Part shown: one piece after another, positions 9,162-18,276 of the stretch
How positions within the stretch are numbered: the first letter of the stretch is position 1
Layout: the number at the start of each line of letters is the position of its first letter
Source: Acidobacteriota bacterium
GTDB lineage: Bacteria > Acidobacteriota > Terriglobia > Bryobacterales > Bryobacteraceae
Direction of reading: 5' to 3'
NCBI GenBank assembly: GCA_037439565.1
Contig: JBBIVT010000003.1
Location: 41,583-100,286 of the forward strand
Length of the DNA stretch: 58,704 nucleotides
The notes under the pieces: generated by a model
What the model saw: only the letters and a program-made list of their open reading frames with translations
The model's database searches: none
Told to the model about the DNA's origin: nothing
Made by a program: the position numbers and the translations under genes

Positions 9162-10135
9162 TTCTCGATCTCACACGCTTTGTCGAAGCCGGGCGTCCTC
9201 ATTGGACGGCGCTCGAAAAATCCCTTGCTTGGCTGGAGGCGAATCCCCATGCCCGGCTGACGCTCGCCGAAGTAGAGAATCTGCATGTCCTCTATCAACG
9301 CGCCTCTGCCGATCTGGCGCGCGTACCGGAGGGCGAACTGAAACGCTATCTCGAATGGCTGGTCAGCCGCGCCTATGCTGAGATTCACGAAGCCCGGGAG
9401 CGCACGCACTTCCGTCCCTGGAAATGGCTCACCGGGGAGTATCCGCGCACGTTCCGCAAGCATCTGCGGGCGTTCCAATTAGCCGCGGCGCTGACCATCG
9501 GAGGCGTGGCATTTGGGTCGCTGGCGCTGCGCATCGATCCGGAAGCGAAAAGCGTCATCATGCCGTTTGAGGCGCTGCAAAGTTCTCCGGCCGAGCGCGT
9601 GGCCAAGGAGCGCGCCGACGCAGGCAAACACATGACCGGCGTAAAAGGCCGGTTTTCGGCGCAGTTGATGACGCACAACACGCAAGTCGCGCTGACGACG
9701 CTCGCCATGGGGATGACCTTTGGCTTTGGCACGATCGTCCTGCTGTTCTATAACGGCGTGATCCTGGGCGCGGTGGCGTTCGATTATATCCACGGCGGAG
9801 AAGGCGTGTTCCTGATGGGTTGGCTGCTGCCGCACGGCATCATTGAAATTCCGGCGATTCTGGTGGGCGGGCAGGCGGGGCTGGTGATCGCCTACGCGCT
9901 GATCGGTTGGGGCAGCCGCTTTTCGCGAGCCGAACGTCTGCGGCGCGTCTCGCGCGACGTGGTCACTCTGGCGTCGGGCGCGGCGCTGATGCTGGTGTGG
10001 GCGGGGATGATCGAGTCGTTCCTGTCGCAATATCATGAGCCCGTCATCTCCTATGGGACGAAGATCGCCTTCGGGCTGGTCGAGGCGGCGCTGCTCACGT
10101 CTTATCTGGCATTCGCCGGCAGGAAAGCAGGATGA
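9158..10135 (+). CDS. SpoIIM-like (stage II sporulation protein M family) membrane protein
   Basis: GTGA overlap. N-terminal soluble helical domain, then NTQVALTTLAMGMTFGFGTIVLLFYNGVILG ... LPHGIIEIPAILVGGQAGL, characteristic of the SpoIIM/DUF95 family. Confidence 0.8.
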   Translation: MILDLTRFVEAGRPHWTALEKSLAWLEANPHARLTLAEVENLHVLYQRASADLARVPEGELKRYLEWLVSRAYAEIHEARERTHFRPWKWLTGEYPRTFRKHLRAFQLAAALTIGGVAFGSLALRIDPEAKSVIMPFEALQSSPAERVAKERADAGKHMTGVKGRFSAQLMTHNTQVALTTLAMGMTFGFGTIVLLFYNGVILGAVAFDYIHGGEGVFLMGWLLPHGIIEIPAILVGGQAGLVIAYALIGWGSRFSRAERLRRVSRDVVTLASGAALMLVWAGMIESFLSQYHEPVISYGTKIAFGLVEAALLTSYLAFAGRKAG

Positions 10136-10884
10136 CGGGCGACAGTCTCACCATCCGGACGCCGGAGGGCATCGAATTTGCCCTGCCGCTGGCTGGTCCT
10201 GTGAGTAGGATGCTCGCCCTGATCGTCGACGTGGCGGTGGTCGCCGCCATCGGCAAAATGGCGGAACAGTTGCTCGCGCCGCTGGGGTTTTTAGGGAAAG
10301 ATATTTCGGACGCGATTCGCATCCTCTCCTATTTCGTTATCTCCTTAACTTATATGGCCTTGGCTGAGTGGCTTTGGCGCGGCCAGACCGTGGGCAAGAG
10401 GCTGCTGCGGCTGCGGGTGGTGGACGTTGGCGGGCTGAAGCTGGAGCCGAGCCAGGTGATCGTGCGCAATCTGATGCGCTTCATCGACGCCCTGCCGGCT
10501 CTGTATCTTGCAGGTGGAATCTCATGCCTGGCCAGCGAGCGGCGCCAGCGGCTTGGCGATCTGGCGGCTGGGACGGTGGTGATCCGCGCCCCGAAGCTGG
10601 AGCGTCCCGATTTGGATCAATTGCTCGGCGGGAAGTTCAATTCGCTGGCGGAGATCCGTCATCTGGCTGCGAGGCTGCGGCAAAGGGTCCGGCCGGAGGT
10701 GGCGGCGATCGCCTTGGAGGCTCTATTGCGCCGCGATGAAATCGAACCGCGCGCCCGCCTAAAGCTGTTTCGCGAATTGGCGGACTACTTTCGCCGCCTG
10801 GTGGAATATCCGCCTGAGATATCCGAGCAACTCTCTGATGAGCAGTATGTGCGTAACGTCGCCGAAATTCTTCATCGGAAGTAG
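10132..10884 (+). CDS. RDD-family membrane protein
   Basis: ATGA overlap. IEFALPLAGPVSRMLALIVDVAVV ... GQTVGKRLLRLRVVDVGG ... RRQRLGDLAAGTVVIR, plus a roughly 90-aa cytoplasmic tail. Confidence 0.8.
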   Translation: MTGDSLTIRTPEGIEFALPLAGPVSRMLALIVDVAVVAAIGKMAEQLLAPLGFLGKDISDAIRILSYFVISLTYMALAEWLWRGQTVGKRLLRLRVVDVGGLKLEPSQVIVRNLMRFIDALPALYLAGGISCLASERRQRLGDLAAGTVVIRAPKLERPDLDQLLGGKFNSLAEIRHLAARLRQRVRPEVAAIALEALLRRDEIEPRARLKLFRELADYFRRLVEYPPEISEQLSDEQYVRNVAEILHRK

Positions 10885-10935
10885 CCTACTCCCAGCCATT
10901 GCATGCTAGGGGGGAGTGTGCTGAAGTAATAGTTG

Positions 10936-13245
10936 ATGCAATGCGGTAAGTTCCTGAAATTTCTGCCTCTGTTGCTGTTCGTGTTGGCTTCCTGCAACCG
11001 TGATCCGAAGGTGCAGGCGCAGCGGCAACTGGAGCAGGCCAACAAGTTTTTCTCGCGCGGGAAGTACAAGGAAGCGGCGATCATGTATAAACGCGCCCTT
11101 CAGAAAGACATGCGCTTCGGCGAGGCGTACTACCGCCTCGGCTTGACTGAGTTGAAGCTGCAAAGCTATGGCGAGGCGCTTCGCTCGTTGCGACGCTCGG
11201 TGGAGCTTCAGCCCGCCAATACGGACGCCATCACCAAACTGGCGGACCTTTACATGCTGGCCTCCACGCAGCAATCTGCAGGGCAGCAGAAGCAGCTCTT
11301 GGATGAAGTGAAGGATCTTTCCGACAAGTTGCTGAAGCAAAACCCGGATTCGTTCGACGGACACCGGTTGAAAGGGCAGTTGGCGCTGCTTGACAAGGAT
11401 CCCAAGGCGGCAATTGAGGAATTCGAAAAGGCCAACCGCATTAAGCCGAATCAACCCGAAGTCGTGCTGGTGTATTTCCAGGCGCTGATCCTGGATGACC
11501 GGTTCCCGGAAGCGGAGAAGCTGGCGAATGCTCTGATCGACAACGAGAAGGCTTACGCGCCGATGTACGATTTGTTGTACGCGCAGTATCTGCGGCGGAA
11601 GGATTTGGCCTCGGCCGAGGACCTGCTGAAGCGAAAAGTAGCCAACAACCCGTCGCAGGTGCGCGCGATGATTCAGTTGGCACAGCACTACTTCTTCTCG
11701 GGCAAAAAAGCGGAGATGGATGCCGTGATGCAGCAGCTGAACGATGAGAAGAAATTCCCCGATGGGCATCTCGCTGCGGGCGATTTTTATCTTTTCCGCC
11801 TGAAGGATGCGGAGAGTGCCCGGGTGCAATATGAAGCGGCCATCAAGGCGTTTCCAAAGGACAAGGCAGTGTATCAAAAGCGCCTGGTGGAGTTGTACGC
11901 GACCACGGGAAGGGGTCCTCAGGCCAACGAAGTGCTCGCCGCCATTCTGAAGGATAATCCAAAAGACAGCGAAGCCATCGGAATGCGGGCCGCGCTGATG
12001 CTGGCGACTGGAAATCGCGATCAGATCGCCGCGGCGGCCAATGACCTGCAAGCCCTGGTCACCAAATCGCCGGAAAATCACATGTACCGGTTCAACCTGG
12101 CCCGGGCGATGGTGGCGAAAGGCGAAATCGAGCCAGCACGGCTGCAACTGGAAGAGGCCATCAAGCTGCGGAGTGATTTCGTTCTGGCGCGGATCCTGCT
12201 GGCGAAAATCTACCTAGCCGAAGGTCAGCCGGCGAAAGCGCTGAACGAAGCCGAAGGCGCCATCGCGGTCGATAAGGGCAACTTACAGGCGCATCTGACC
12301 CGGTCGAGCGCGCTTTTGGGAATGGGGGACAAGGATAAGGCCCGCCAGGAGCTGGATCTAATCGGTAAGGCATATCCGCAAAACCCCGAGGCCAAATACC
12401 AGGTGGGCTTCATGGCTCTTCAGGATAAGGATTACAAGCGGGCGGAACAGATTTTCACCGACGTGTATAAGTCGAATCCCAACGACACCCGCGGGTTGGC
12501 CGGAGTCACGGAAACACTGGCTGCGGAGGGCCGCATGGCAGACGCCATCAAGGAGACCCAAAAAGCTGTCGAGAAAGAACCGCAGCGGCGGGATCTCAAA
12601 CTGGTGTTGGCGAAGTTCTACGTGCGCTCGGAGCGCTACGACGAGGCGATTGCCATCTATCAGTTCCTGATTCAACAGGAGCCCCGGTCGGCCGATCTGT
12701 TGTTTCAGTTAGCCGAAACGCAACGGCGTAAAGGCGATCTGAATGGGGCGGTCGATACGTTCCGGCGGTGCAGCCAGGCGGCTCCCGCCGATACCGCGTG
12801 TCTCACCCAGATGGGGCTGATTCTGGACGCTACCGGCAAGCGGGACCAGGCCAAGCCGATCTATGAACAGATCCTGAAGATCAAACCGGATAACGGCGTG
12901 GCGCTGAATAATCTGGCCTTCATTAAGGCCGAGGAAGGCGTGGACTTGGATCAGGCGCTGTCGATGTCCCAACGGGCGCGCCAGCAGATGCCCAACGCTC
13001 CTGAGGTTTCCGATACACTCGGCTGGATTTACATCAAGAAAAACTTGAGCGAGGACGCCGTGCGCGTCTTCAAGGATCTTACGGCACAGGTTCCGTCGAA
13101 TCCAACCTTCCATTATCACTACGGGATGGCGCTGCTGCAGAAGGGCGATAAGTCCTCGGCGAAAAAGGAGTTGGAGCTGGCTCTGGCGGACAAACCTTCC
13201 AAGGGCGATGAAGTCAAGGTCCGGGAACTTCTGCAGAAGCTTTAA
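10936..13245 (+). CDS. Large TPR-repeat lipoprotein
   Basis: ATG at 10936; the track start at 10933 is TTG. Lipobox LFVLASC. TPR-like helical repeats run throughout (AIMYKRALQKDMRFGEAYYRLG..., ALNNLAFIKAEEG...). Confidence 0.85.
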   Translation: MQCGKFLKFLPLLLFVLASCNRDPKVQAQRQLEQANKFFSRGKYKEAAIMYKRALQKDMRFGEAYYRLGLTELKLQSYGEALRSLRRSVELQPANTDAITKLADLYMLASTQQSAGQQKQLLDEVKDLSDKLLKQNPDSFDGHRLKGQLALLDKDPKAAIEEFEKANRIKPNQPEVVLVYFQALILDDRFPEAEKLANALIDNEKAYAPMYDLLYAQYLRRKDLASAEDLLKRKVANNPSQVRAMIQLAQHYFFSGKKAEMDAVMQQLNDEKKFPDGHLAAGDFYLFRLKDAESARVQYEAAIKAFPKDKAVYQKRLVELYATTGRGPQANEVLAAILKDNPKDSEAIGMRAALMLATGNRDQIAAAANDLQALVTKSPENHMYRFNLARAMVAKGEIEPARLQLEEAIKLRSDFVLARILLAKIYLAEGQPAKALNEAEGAIAVDKGNLQAHLTRSSALLGMGDKDKARQELDLIGKAYPQNPEAKYQVGFMALQDKDYKRAEQIFTDVYKSNPNDTRGLAGVTETLAAEGRMADAIKETQKAVEKEPQRRDLKLVLAKFYVRSERYDEAIAIYQFLIQQEPRSADLLFQLAETQRRKGDLNGAVDTFRRCSQAAPADTACLTQMGLILDATGKRDQAKPIYEQILKIKPDNGVALNNLAFIKAEEGVDLDQALSMSQRARQQMPNAPEVSDTLGWIYIKKNLSEDAVRVFKDLTAQVPSNPTFHYHYGMALLQKGDKSSAKKELELALADKPSKGDEVKVRELLQKL

Positions 13246-13299
13246 TCGGAGATTCGACTGACAAAATCTGCGTGGTTCCCTTATGTAGCGCCCTTCGCG

Positions 13300-13923
13300 G
13301 TGTTCCTGGCCCTTCTAGCCCTGCACTCGGTTCTTCCGTTGCCGGATCTAGCCGATCAGATCCTGCGGGTCGCCGTGATGCTGCCGGTCCTATGGTTCAT
13401 TGCGCGGCCGGTCGTCGACTTCAGGGTGCGCCATCTGGCGGCGACGCTGGCCATCGGCGTGGCCGTGTTTGTCCTTTGGATCGGGCCCGATTTGCTGATT
13501 CACGGCTACCGGCAATGCTGGCTGTTTCAAAATGCCGTGACGGGGAAAGTGGCGTCGTCGTTGGCGGCCGGCTCCATAATGAGCTGGCCAGTGCTGGCGC
13601 TGCGAACCTTCCGCGCGACCCTTATCGTCCCCATCGTCGAGGAATTATTCTGGCGCGCCTGGCTGATGCGATGGCTGATTGACAACGATTTCGAGAAGGT
13701 GCCGCTCGGAAAGTATGCGCCGCAGGCGTTCTGGCTCGTGGCGCTGCTGTTCGCTTCCGAGCACGGACCTTATTGGGACGTGGGCCTGTTGGCCGGAATC
13801 GTCTATAACTGGTGGATGGTGCGCACGAAGAGTCTGGGCGACCTGATTCTGGCGCACGCCGTGACAAATTTCGTCCTGAGCGTGTACGTGATCGCGGCAG
13901 GCAAGTGGGAATATTGGTTATGA
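13300..13923 (+). CDS. CPBP-family intramembrane glutamic endopeptidase (CAAX-protease-like)
   Basis: Motifs VEELFWRAWL (EExxxR), FASEHG (FxxxH) and HAVTNF. GTG start at 13300. The frame stays open up to the upstream stop, so the true start may lie further 5'. Confidence 0.75.
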   Translation: MFLALLALHSVLPLPDLADQILRVAVMLPVLWFIARPVVDFRVRHLAATLAIGVAVFVLWIGPDLLIHGYRQCWLFQNAVTGKVASSLAAGSIMSWPVLALRTFRATLIVPIVEELFWRAWLMRWLIDNDFEKVPLGKYAPQAFWLVALLFASEHGPYWDVGLLAGIVYNWWMVRTKSLGDLILAHAVTNFVLSVYVIAAGKWEYWL

Positions 13924-14741
13924 AGATGGAAATGATTCGTGAAGGGGCGTCGGCGGCCAACGCCAAGGTGGCGCTGTTCGACTTCGATGGCACGCTGTCC
14001 CTGGTTCGCTCCGGGTGGATGGACGTCATGGTCCCGATGATGGTCGAAATTTTGGCCAGCCTCAAGACAGGGGAATCGGACGCGGAATTGAAGACCGTGG
14101 TTGAGGATTTCGTGTGGCGGCTGACGGGCAAGGAGACGATCTATCAGATGATAGCCTTGGCCGAAAATATCGAGAAGCGCGGCGGCAAGCCGCTCGATCC
14201 GCTCCAGTATAAAAAAATGTATCTGGACCTTCTTTGGGAGCGCATCCGGGGCCGCGTGGAGGAGTTGAAAAGCGGCAAGGCGTCGCCGGAAAAGTACATG
14301 GTTCCCGGCGCACGCGCGCTGCTCGAAAGCCTCAAGGAGCGCGGCCTGAAAATGTACCTGGCCAGCGGCACCGACGAAGTCTATATGAAGGAAGAAGCGC
14401 GCCTGATCGATGTCGCCAGGTACTTCGACGGCGGAGTTTTCGGCGCGCTTGACGACTACAAGAGTTTTTCCAAGAAGATCCTGGTGCAGAGAATCCTGGC
14501 CAGCACCGACGTCCGCGGCGAAGAGATCATCGGCTTCGGCGACGGTTACGTCGAGATCGAGGAAGTGAAACTGGTCGGCGGAGTAGCCGTGGGTGTGGCG
14601 TCGACTGAACCGGAGTGCCAGGTGGTGGACGAATGGAAGCGCCAGCGCCTGATCGGTGTCGGCGCGGATTACATCGTGCCCAACTATCTTTGCCGCGAGC
14701 AGTTAGTGGAGGCCCTGTTTGCCGAACCGGTCCAAGTATGA
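13920..14741 (+). CDS. HAD-superfamily hydrolase/phosphatase
   Basis: ATGA overlap with the CPBP gene. Motif I FDFDGTLS, a cap region, LASGTDE, and GFGDGYVE near the C-terminus. Confidence 0.75.
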   Translation: MKMEMIREGASAANAKVALFDFDGTLSLVRSGWMDVMVPMMVEILASLKTGESDAELKTVVEDFVWRLTGKETIYQMIALAENIEKRGGKPLDPLQYKKMYLDLLWERIRGRVEELKSGKASPEKYMVPGARALLESLKERGLKMYLASGTDEVYMKEEARLIDVARYFDGGVFGALDDYKSFSKKILVQRILASTDVRGEEIIGFGDGYVEIEEVKLVGGVAVGVASTEPECQVVDEWKRQRLIGVGADYIVPNYLCREQLVEALFAEPVQV

Positions 14742-14742
14742 A

Positions 14743-15693
14743 ATGTTCGATCGCCGGAGGTTGGAGATCAAGCCGCTCGGCGAACGGGCGAACGATTTGG
14801 AGATCGGCCACTGGCTGAAGCTCCAGGACGGGACGCCGCCATTTGAGCACGACGATCTGCCTGAGGTCGCCTCGCGATTGCGCAGGGCCAAGGAATCTGG
14901 AGCGGCGCGCATTGTCTGCATGGGCGCGCACGTGCTGCGTGCGGGCGTGAATCGCCATCTCATCGGCCTGATGGAGCGCGGCTGCATTTCGCACCTCGCT
15001 GTGAACGGCGCGGCGGCCATTCACGATTACGAGTTGGCCCGCATCGGCGCGACGACCGAAAGCGTCGCCCGTTATGTGCGATCGGGCGAATTTGGGTTGT
15101 GGAAGGAAACCGGCGAGTTGAACGGCTGGATCGCCGAGGCGGCGCGCGAAGGCTACGGGTTCGGAGAAAACGTCGGCCGCCGGATTCTGGAAAGCGATTA
15201 TCCGTATCGCGAGTGGAGCGTGTTCGCGGCGGCTTACCGTATGGGCGTCCCCGTCACGGTGCACGTGGGCATCGGTTACGACATCCTGCACGAGCATCCG
15301 AACTGCGATGGCGCCGCGGCCGGCGAGGCCAGCTATCGCGATTTTCTGATTTTCGCCCGCGCGGTGGAAAAACTCGAAGGCGGCGTCATGCTCAACTTCG
15401 GTTCCGCCATCATGGGGCCCGAAGTCTATTTGAAGGCTCTGGCGATGGCCCGCAACGTCGCAAGGCAAGAAGGCCGGACGATTACAAAATTCACGACCGC
15501 CGTGTTCGACCTCGCCCCGATCCACGGCGATTTTCGCAGCGAGTTGCCCAAGTCCGATCCAGGCTATTATTTCCGCCCGCACAAGACCATCCTGGTTCGA
15601 ACGGTGAAGGACGGCGGCGAGAGTTTCTATTTCCGCGGCGAGCATCGGGCGACTGTACCCGCCCTATGGCGCCTTTGCCAGGAGCGGGAATGA
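14743..15693 (+). CDS. Conserved hypothetical protein (possibly deoxyhypusine-synthase-like fold)
   Basis: ATG 2 nt after the HAD stop. RIVCMGAHVLRAGVNRHLIGLMERGCISHLAVNGAAAIHDYE loosely resembles DHS-like NAD-binding proteins. The family call is tentative. Confidence 0.4.
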   Translation: MFDRRRLEIKPLGERANDLEIGHWLKLQDGTPPFEHDDLPEVASRLRRAKESGAARIVCMGAHVLRAGVNRHLIGLMERGCISHLAVNGAAAIHDYELARIGATTESVARYVRSGEFGLWKETGELNGWIAEAAREGYGFGENVGRRILESDYPYREWSVFAAAYRMGVPVTVHVGIGYDILHEHPNCDGAAAGEASYRDFLIFARAVEKLEGGVMLNFGSAIMGPEVYLKALAMARNVARQEGRTITKFTTAVFDLAPIHGDFRSELPKSDPGYYFRPHKTILVRTVKDGGESFYFRGEHRATVPALWRLCQERE

Positions 15694-16655
15694 CAACCGC
15701 GGAGATCCTACAGGCCTTTCGCGGCCTCCGAGTGCTGGTGGCGGGCGACGTCTGCCTGGATCGCTGGTGCCGCTACGATCCGAAGGAAGCTCTGGCGTCG
15801 CGTGAGACCGGACTGCCGCGCGTCGGTGTCATCTCCACGGAGACGACGCCGGGCGCGGCGGGAACGATCGCGAATAATCTGGCGGCGTTGGGCGCGGGCC
15901 GGGTAGCCGTCCTGGGCGTGACCGGCGAGGACGGCTTTGGTTGGGAACTGGATCGCGCTCTGCGCGTCCGCGGCATCGACGCGGGCCTGTTGATTCATTC
16001 CTCCGAAGTCCCCACGTTCACCTACACCAAGCTAATCAATGACGCCACGGACGAAGAGGATCTGCCGCGCATCGACTTCATTCACACCCGCGAAATTTCG
16101 CCCGCACTCGAATCGCGCGTGATCGACGCTCTGAACGCCGCCGCTGGCGAGTTCGATGCGATCATCGTCTCCGATCAGGCGGAGACCAAGGCGGGAGGCA
16201 TCGTCACGGCGCGCGTGCGCGAAATCCTGACGCCGATCGCGCGGCGGAAAATTGTCTGGGTCGACTCTCGCGTGCGCGCGGAGCATTTTCGCGGCGTCAT
16301 CCTGAAGCCGAATCGTGACGAGGCGGAGGAGGCGTCGATGCGGGCTTTGGGCCGCGTGGATTTCTCCGCGCTCAGGGCGCATACGGATGCCAAACTGCTG
16401 ATCGTTACCCAGGGCGGCGATGGCGCCCTGGTGATCGACGAGCAGGGCCAGACCATCGCGGAAGGGCGCAAGGTGGAAACCCCGGTCGATATCTGCGGCG
16501 CGGGCGACAGCTTTTCAGCGGGCGCGGCGATGACTCTGGCCGTCACCGGTTCGGCGGTGGACGCCGCGCGCTTTGGTAACCTTGTGGCCTCCATCACCAT
16601 CATGAAAAAAGGCACGGGCACTGCCTCTCCGGAGGAAGTGCTGGCTGCCGGATGA
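15690..16655 (+). CDS. PfkB-family carbohydrate kinase, RfaE domain I-like (heptose-7-phosphate kinase-like)
   Basis: ATGA overlap. LRVLVAGDVCLDRWCRY as in the HldE/RfaE kinase N-terminus. PfkB signature DICGAGDSFSAGAAM. Confidence 0.75.
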   Translation: MTTAEILQAFRGLRVLVAGDVCLDRWCRYDPKEALASRETGLPRVGVISTETTPGAAGTIANNLAALGAGRVAVLGVTGEDGFGWELDRALRVRGIDAGLLIHSSEVPTFTYTKLINDATDEEDLPRIDFIHTREISPALESRVIDALNAAAGEFDAIIVSDQAETKAGGIVTARVREILTPIARRKIVWVDSRVRAEHFRGVILKPNRDEAEEASMRALGRVDFSALRAHTDAKLLIVTQGGDGALVIDEQGQTIAEGRKVETPVDICGAGDSFSAGAAMTLAVTGSAVDAARFGNLVASITIMKKGTGTASPEEVLAAG

Positions 16656-16692
16656 GCCACCGGGATAGCCTGCTCAGGGCCGCTCCCATCTT

Positions 16693-17532
16693 ATGAATAT
16701 CCTGGCCATCGATATCGGCGGTACCAAGTTTTCCTTAGCCTTGTTTCAAGGCGATCGAATGGTGCAACGGGCATCGCTCTCCACCGATCGCGATGGCGGC
16801 CCCGAATGGATGCTGGCGCGGATCGAAAGCCTGGCTCGAGGTTGGCAATTCGACCGCTGCGGCATCGGCTTCGGCGGGCCCGTGGACTTTCGCAAACAGA
16901 CGGTGGCCTTGTCCACCCATGTCGGAGGATGGAAGAATTTCCCGCTCGTCGAGCGCGTCAAGGCCATGTTCAACGTGCCTGTGGCGATGGATAACGACGC
17001 CAACGTCGGGGCGCTGGGCGAGGCCATCTATGGTGCAGGTCGAGATGCCCGCCCGCTGTTTTATATGACCCTTTCGACAGGCATCGGAGGTGGGATCGTG
17101 CTCGCGGATTCCACCGTCTATCGCGGCGCGGATTCTTACGCGGGCGAGGTGGGTCACATCACTCTCCATCCGGACGGCCCCGAATGCCTCTGTGGATGGC
17201 ATGGATGCTTTGAGCGCATATGCTGCGGCCTTTGGCTGGAGAGGGATTACGGGAAACCGGCGAAGGAATTGATGCAGGACCCGGCCTTTGTCGCCCGCTA
17301 TGTCGTGGATTTGGCGCAGGGCATCAAAGCGGCGGTGATGCTGCTGAACCCGGCCCGCATTGTCATCGGCGGAGGAATATCAAAAGCTGGGGACGCGCTG
17401 TTCGTTCCGCTTCGCGCGGAACTGCGCCGGCAGGTAACGCCGTGGTCGCGGGCGCGGTTGGACGTGGTTCCCGCGGCTCTCGGCGACGATAGCGTCCTCT
17501 ACGGATGCCTGCGGCTTATTCGGTCTTTTTAA
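16693..17532 (+). CDS. ROK-family sugar kinase
   Basis: ILAIDIGGTKFSLAL ATP-binding start. Zn motif CLCGWHGCFERICCG. Confidence 0.85.
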   Translation: MNILAIDIGGTKFSLALFQGDRMVQRASLSTDRDGGPEWMLARIESLARGWQFDRCGIGFGGPVDFRKQTVALSTHVGGWKNFPLVERVKAMFNVPVAMDNDANVGALGEAIYGAGRDARPLFYMTLSTGIGGGIVLADSTVYRGADSYAGEVGHITLHPDGPECLCGWHGCFERICCGLWLERDYGKPAKELMQDPAFVARYVVDLAQGIKAAVMLLNPARIVIGGGISKAGDALFVPLRAELRRQVTPWSRARLDVVPAALGDDSVLYGCLRLIRSF

Positions 17533-18034
17533 ACAAGCTGTCGAAAGCTGCGCGCGCGTCACTGGAACTACGCGGCGCGGAGATATTCGGCAGCGACGCG
17601 GCGCTGCCGCCGCCGGCTGGCTGCCCATACCCGCTCGAAGCCGGTGGGTGCGCCGCATCCCGGGCTACGGTGAATCGCGGTTTGAATAGCGCGCAGTCGT
17701 TGGCCTGATCCTTCGTGGCGATCCGCGCCGTAATCGGCTTCAGGCATTGGAAGCGCGTCGACGGCTCGAAATAGGAACACTGCTTGCAGCAGTGCAGAGC
17801 GGTGCCGCATTTTGGACAGTTGCCTTTGAAATCAGTGTCCGGAGGCAATGTGGTGGAGCAGTTGAAGCATCGCGCCGCCGTAACTGCCTGCACCAGCCGT
17901 GGCAGCCGCGGACCCGTGACGTCAAGCGGCAGGCGTGGACCCTGCGGACGCGCTCTCTCGTCGCGCTTTTCTCTGGAGTCTCGGCTACCGGAGTCCTGGT
18001 AACCATTCTGACGGTACTTGCGTTCGCCTTCCAT
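17516..18034 (-). CDS. Cys-rich zinc-ribbon protein with disordered termini
   Basis: ATG at 18034; the track start at 18052 is TTG. CFNCSTTL...CPKCGTALHCCKQCSYF. Arg/Asp/Ser-rich N-terminus and Gly/Ser/Ala-rich C-terminus. Its 3' end overlaps the convergent ROK gene by 17 nt. Confidence 0.55.
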   Translation of the reverse strand: MEGERKYRQNGYQDSGSRDSREKRDERARPQGPRLPLDVTGPRLPRLVQAVTAARCFNCSTTLPPDTDFKGNCPKCGTALHCCKQCSYFEPSTRFQCLKPITARIATKDQANDCALFKPRFTVARDAAHPPASSGYGQPAGGGSAASLPNISAPRSSSDARAAFDSLFKKTE

Positions 18035-18276
18035 ATAGTACTTTGCCCTCAACGAATTAAGGGGGGTTGGCTCACTCCTTTGTTAGGTGTACAACAAGAT
18101 TGGCAATAAGTTGCTTCGCGATGATTACGTTTGGGAAGTCGACGAGTTCAACCGGCTGGCAACGCGGTAGCCGGGAACTCTGTTAAATGCCTAAACCACT
18201 ATTTACCACGGATTTCGCCAAGAATCCAGAGAAATCTTTATTTCAGAGCTGTTATCGGCGGCTTGTCCGCAAATCT

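Noticed and set aside
10906-12147. Long antisense ORFs: 413 aa here, plus 14527-15645, 26179-27729, 45754-47040, 53328-54461 and 55208-56887
   Set aside because: Each lies opposite a gene with clear family motifs (TPR protein, unknown/PfkB pair, NtrC, hom, hppD, ADOP permease). Their translations are low-complexity and Arg/Gly/His/Pro-rich. Long stop-free antisense frames are expected at this GC content.
10936-13923. Calling the TPR lipoprotein and CPBP protease a PEP-CTERM/exosortase locus (PrsT plus pepcterm_CAAX, with the kinase/activator at 23392-27798 as PrsK/PrsR)
   Set aside because: There is no exosortase gene and no PEP-CTERM-tailed protein in the window. The kinase/activator pair is 10 kb away behind unrelated genes. 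It is kept only as a hypothesis to test with TIGRFAM models.
15099-15689. Upstream extensions of track ORFs that overlap the preceding gene. This one, plus 3933-4007, 4202-4306, 13812-13919, 29951-30019, 53193-53345 and 20805-20867
   Set aside because: In every case an internal ATG/GTG sits in an ATGA/GTGA-type overlap, or just after the upstream stop. That start gives a sensible N-terminus (signal peptide, lipobox or the known family start).
18101-18115. Sigma-54-like motif TGGCAATAAGTTGCT
   Set aside because: The GG-to-GC register is 11 nt and not the required 12. The motif points, on the plus strand, into the 3' end of glgP, with no plus-strand gene downstream.
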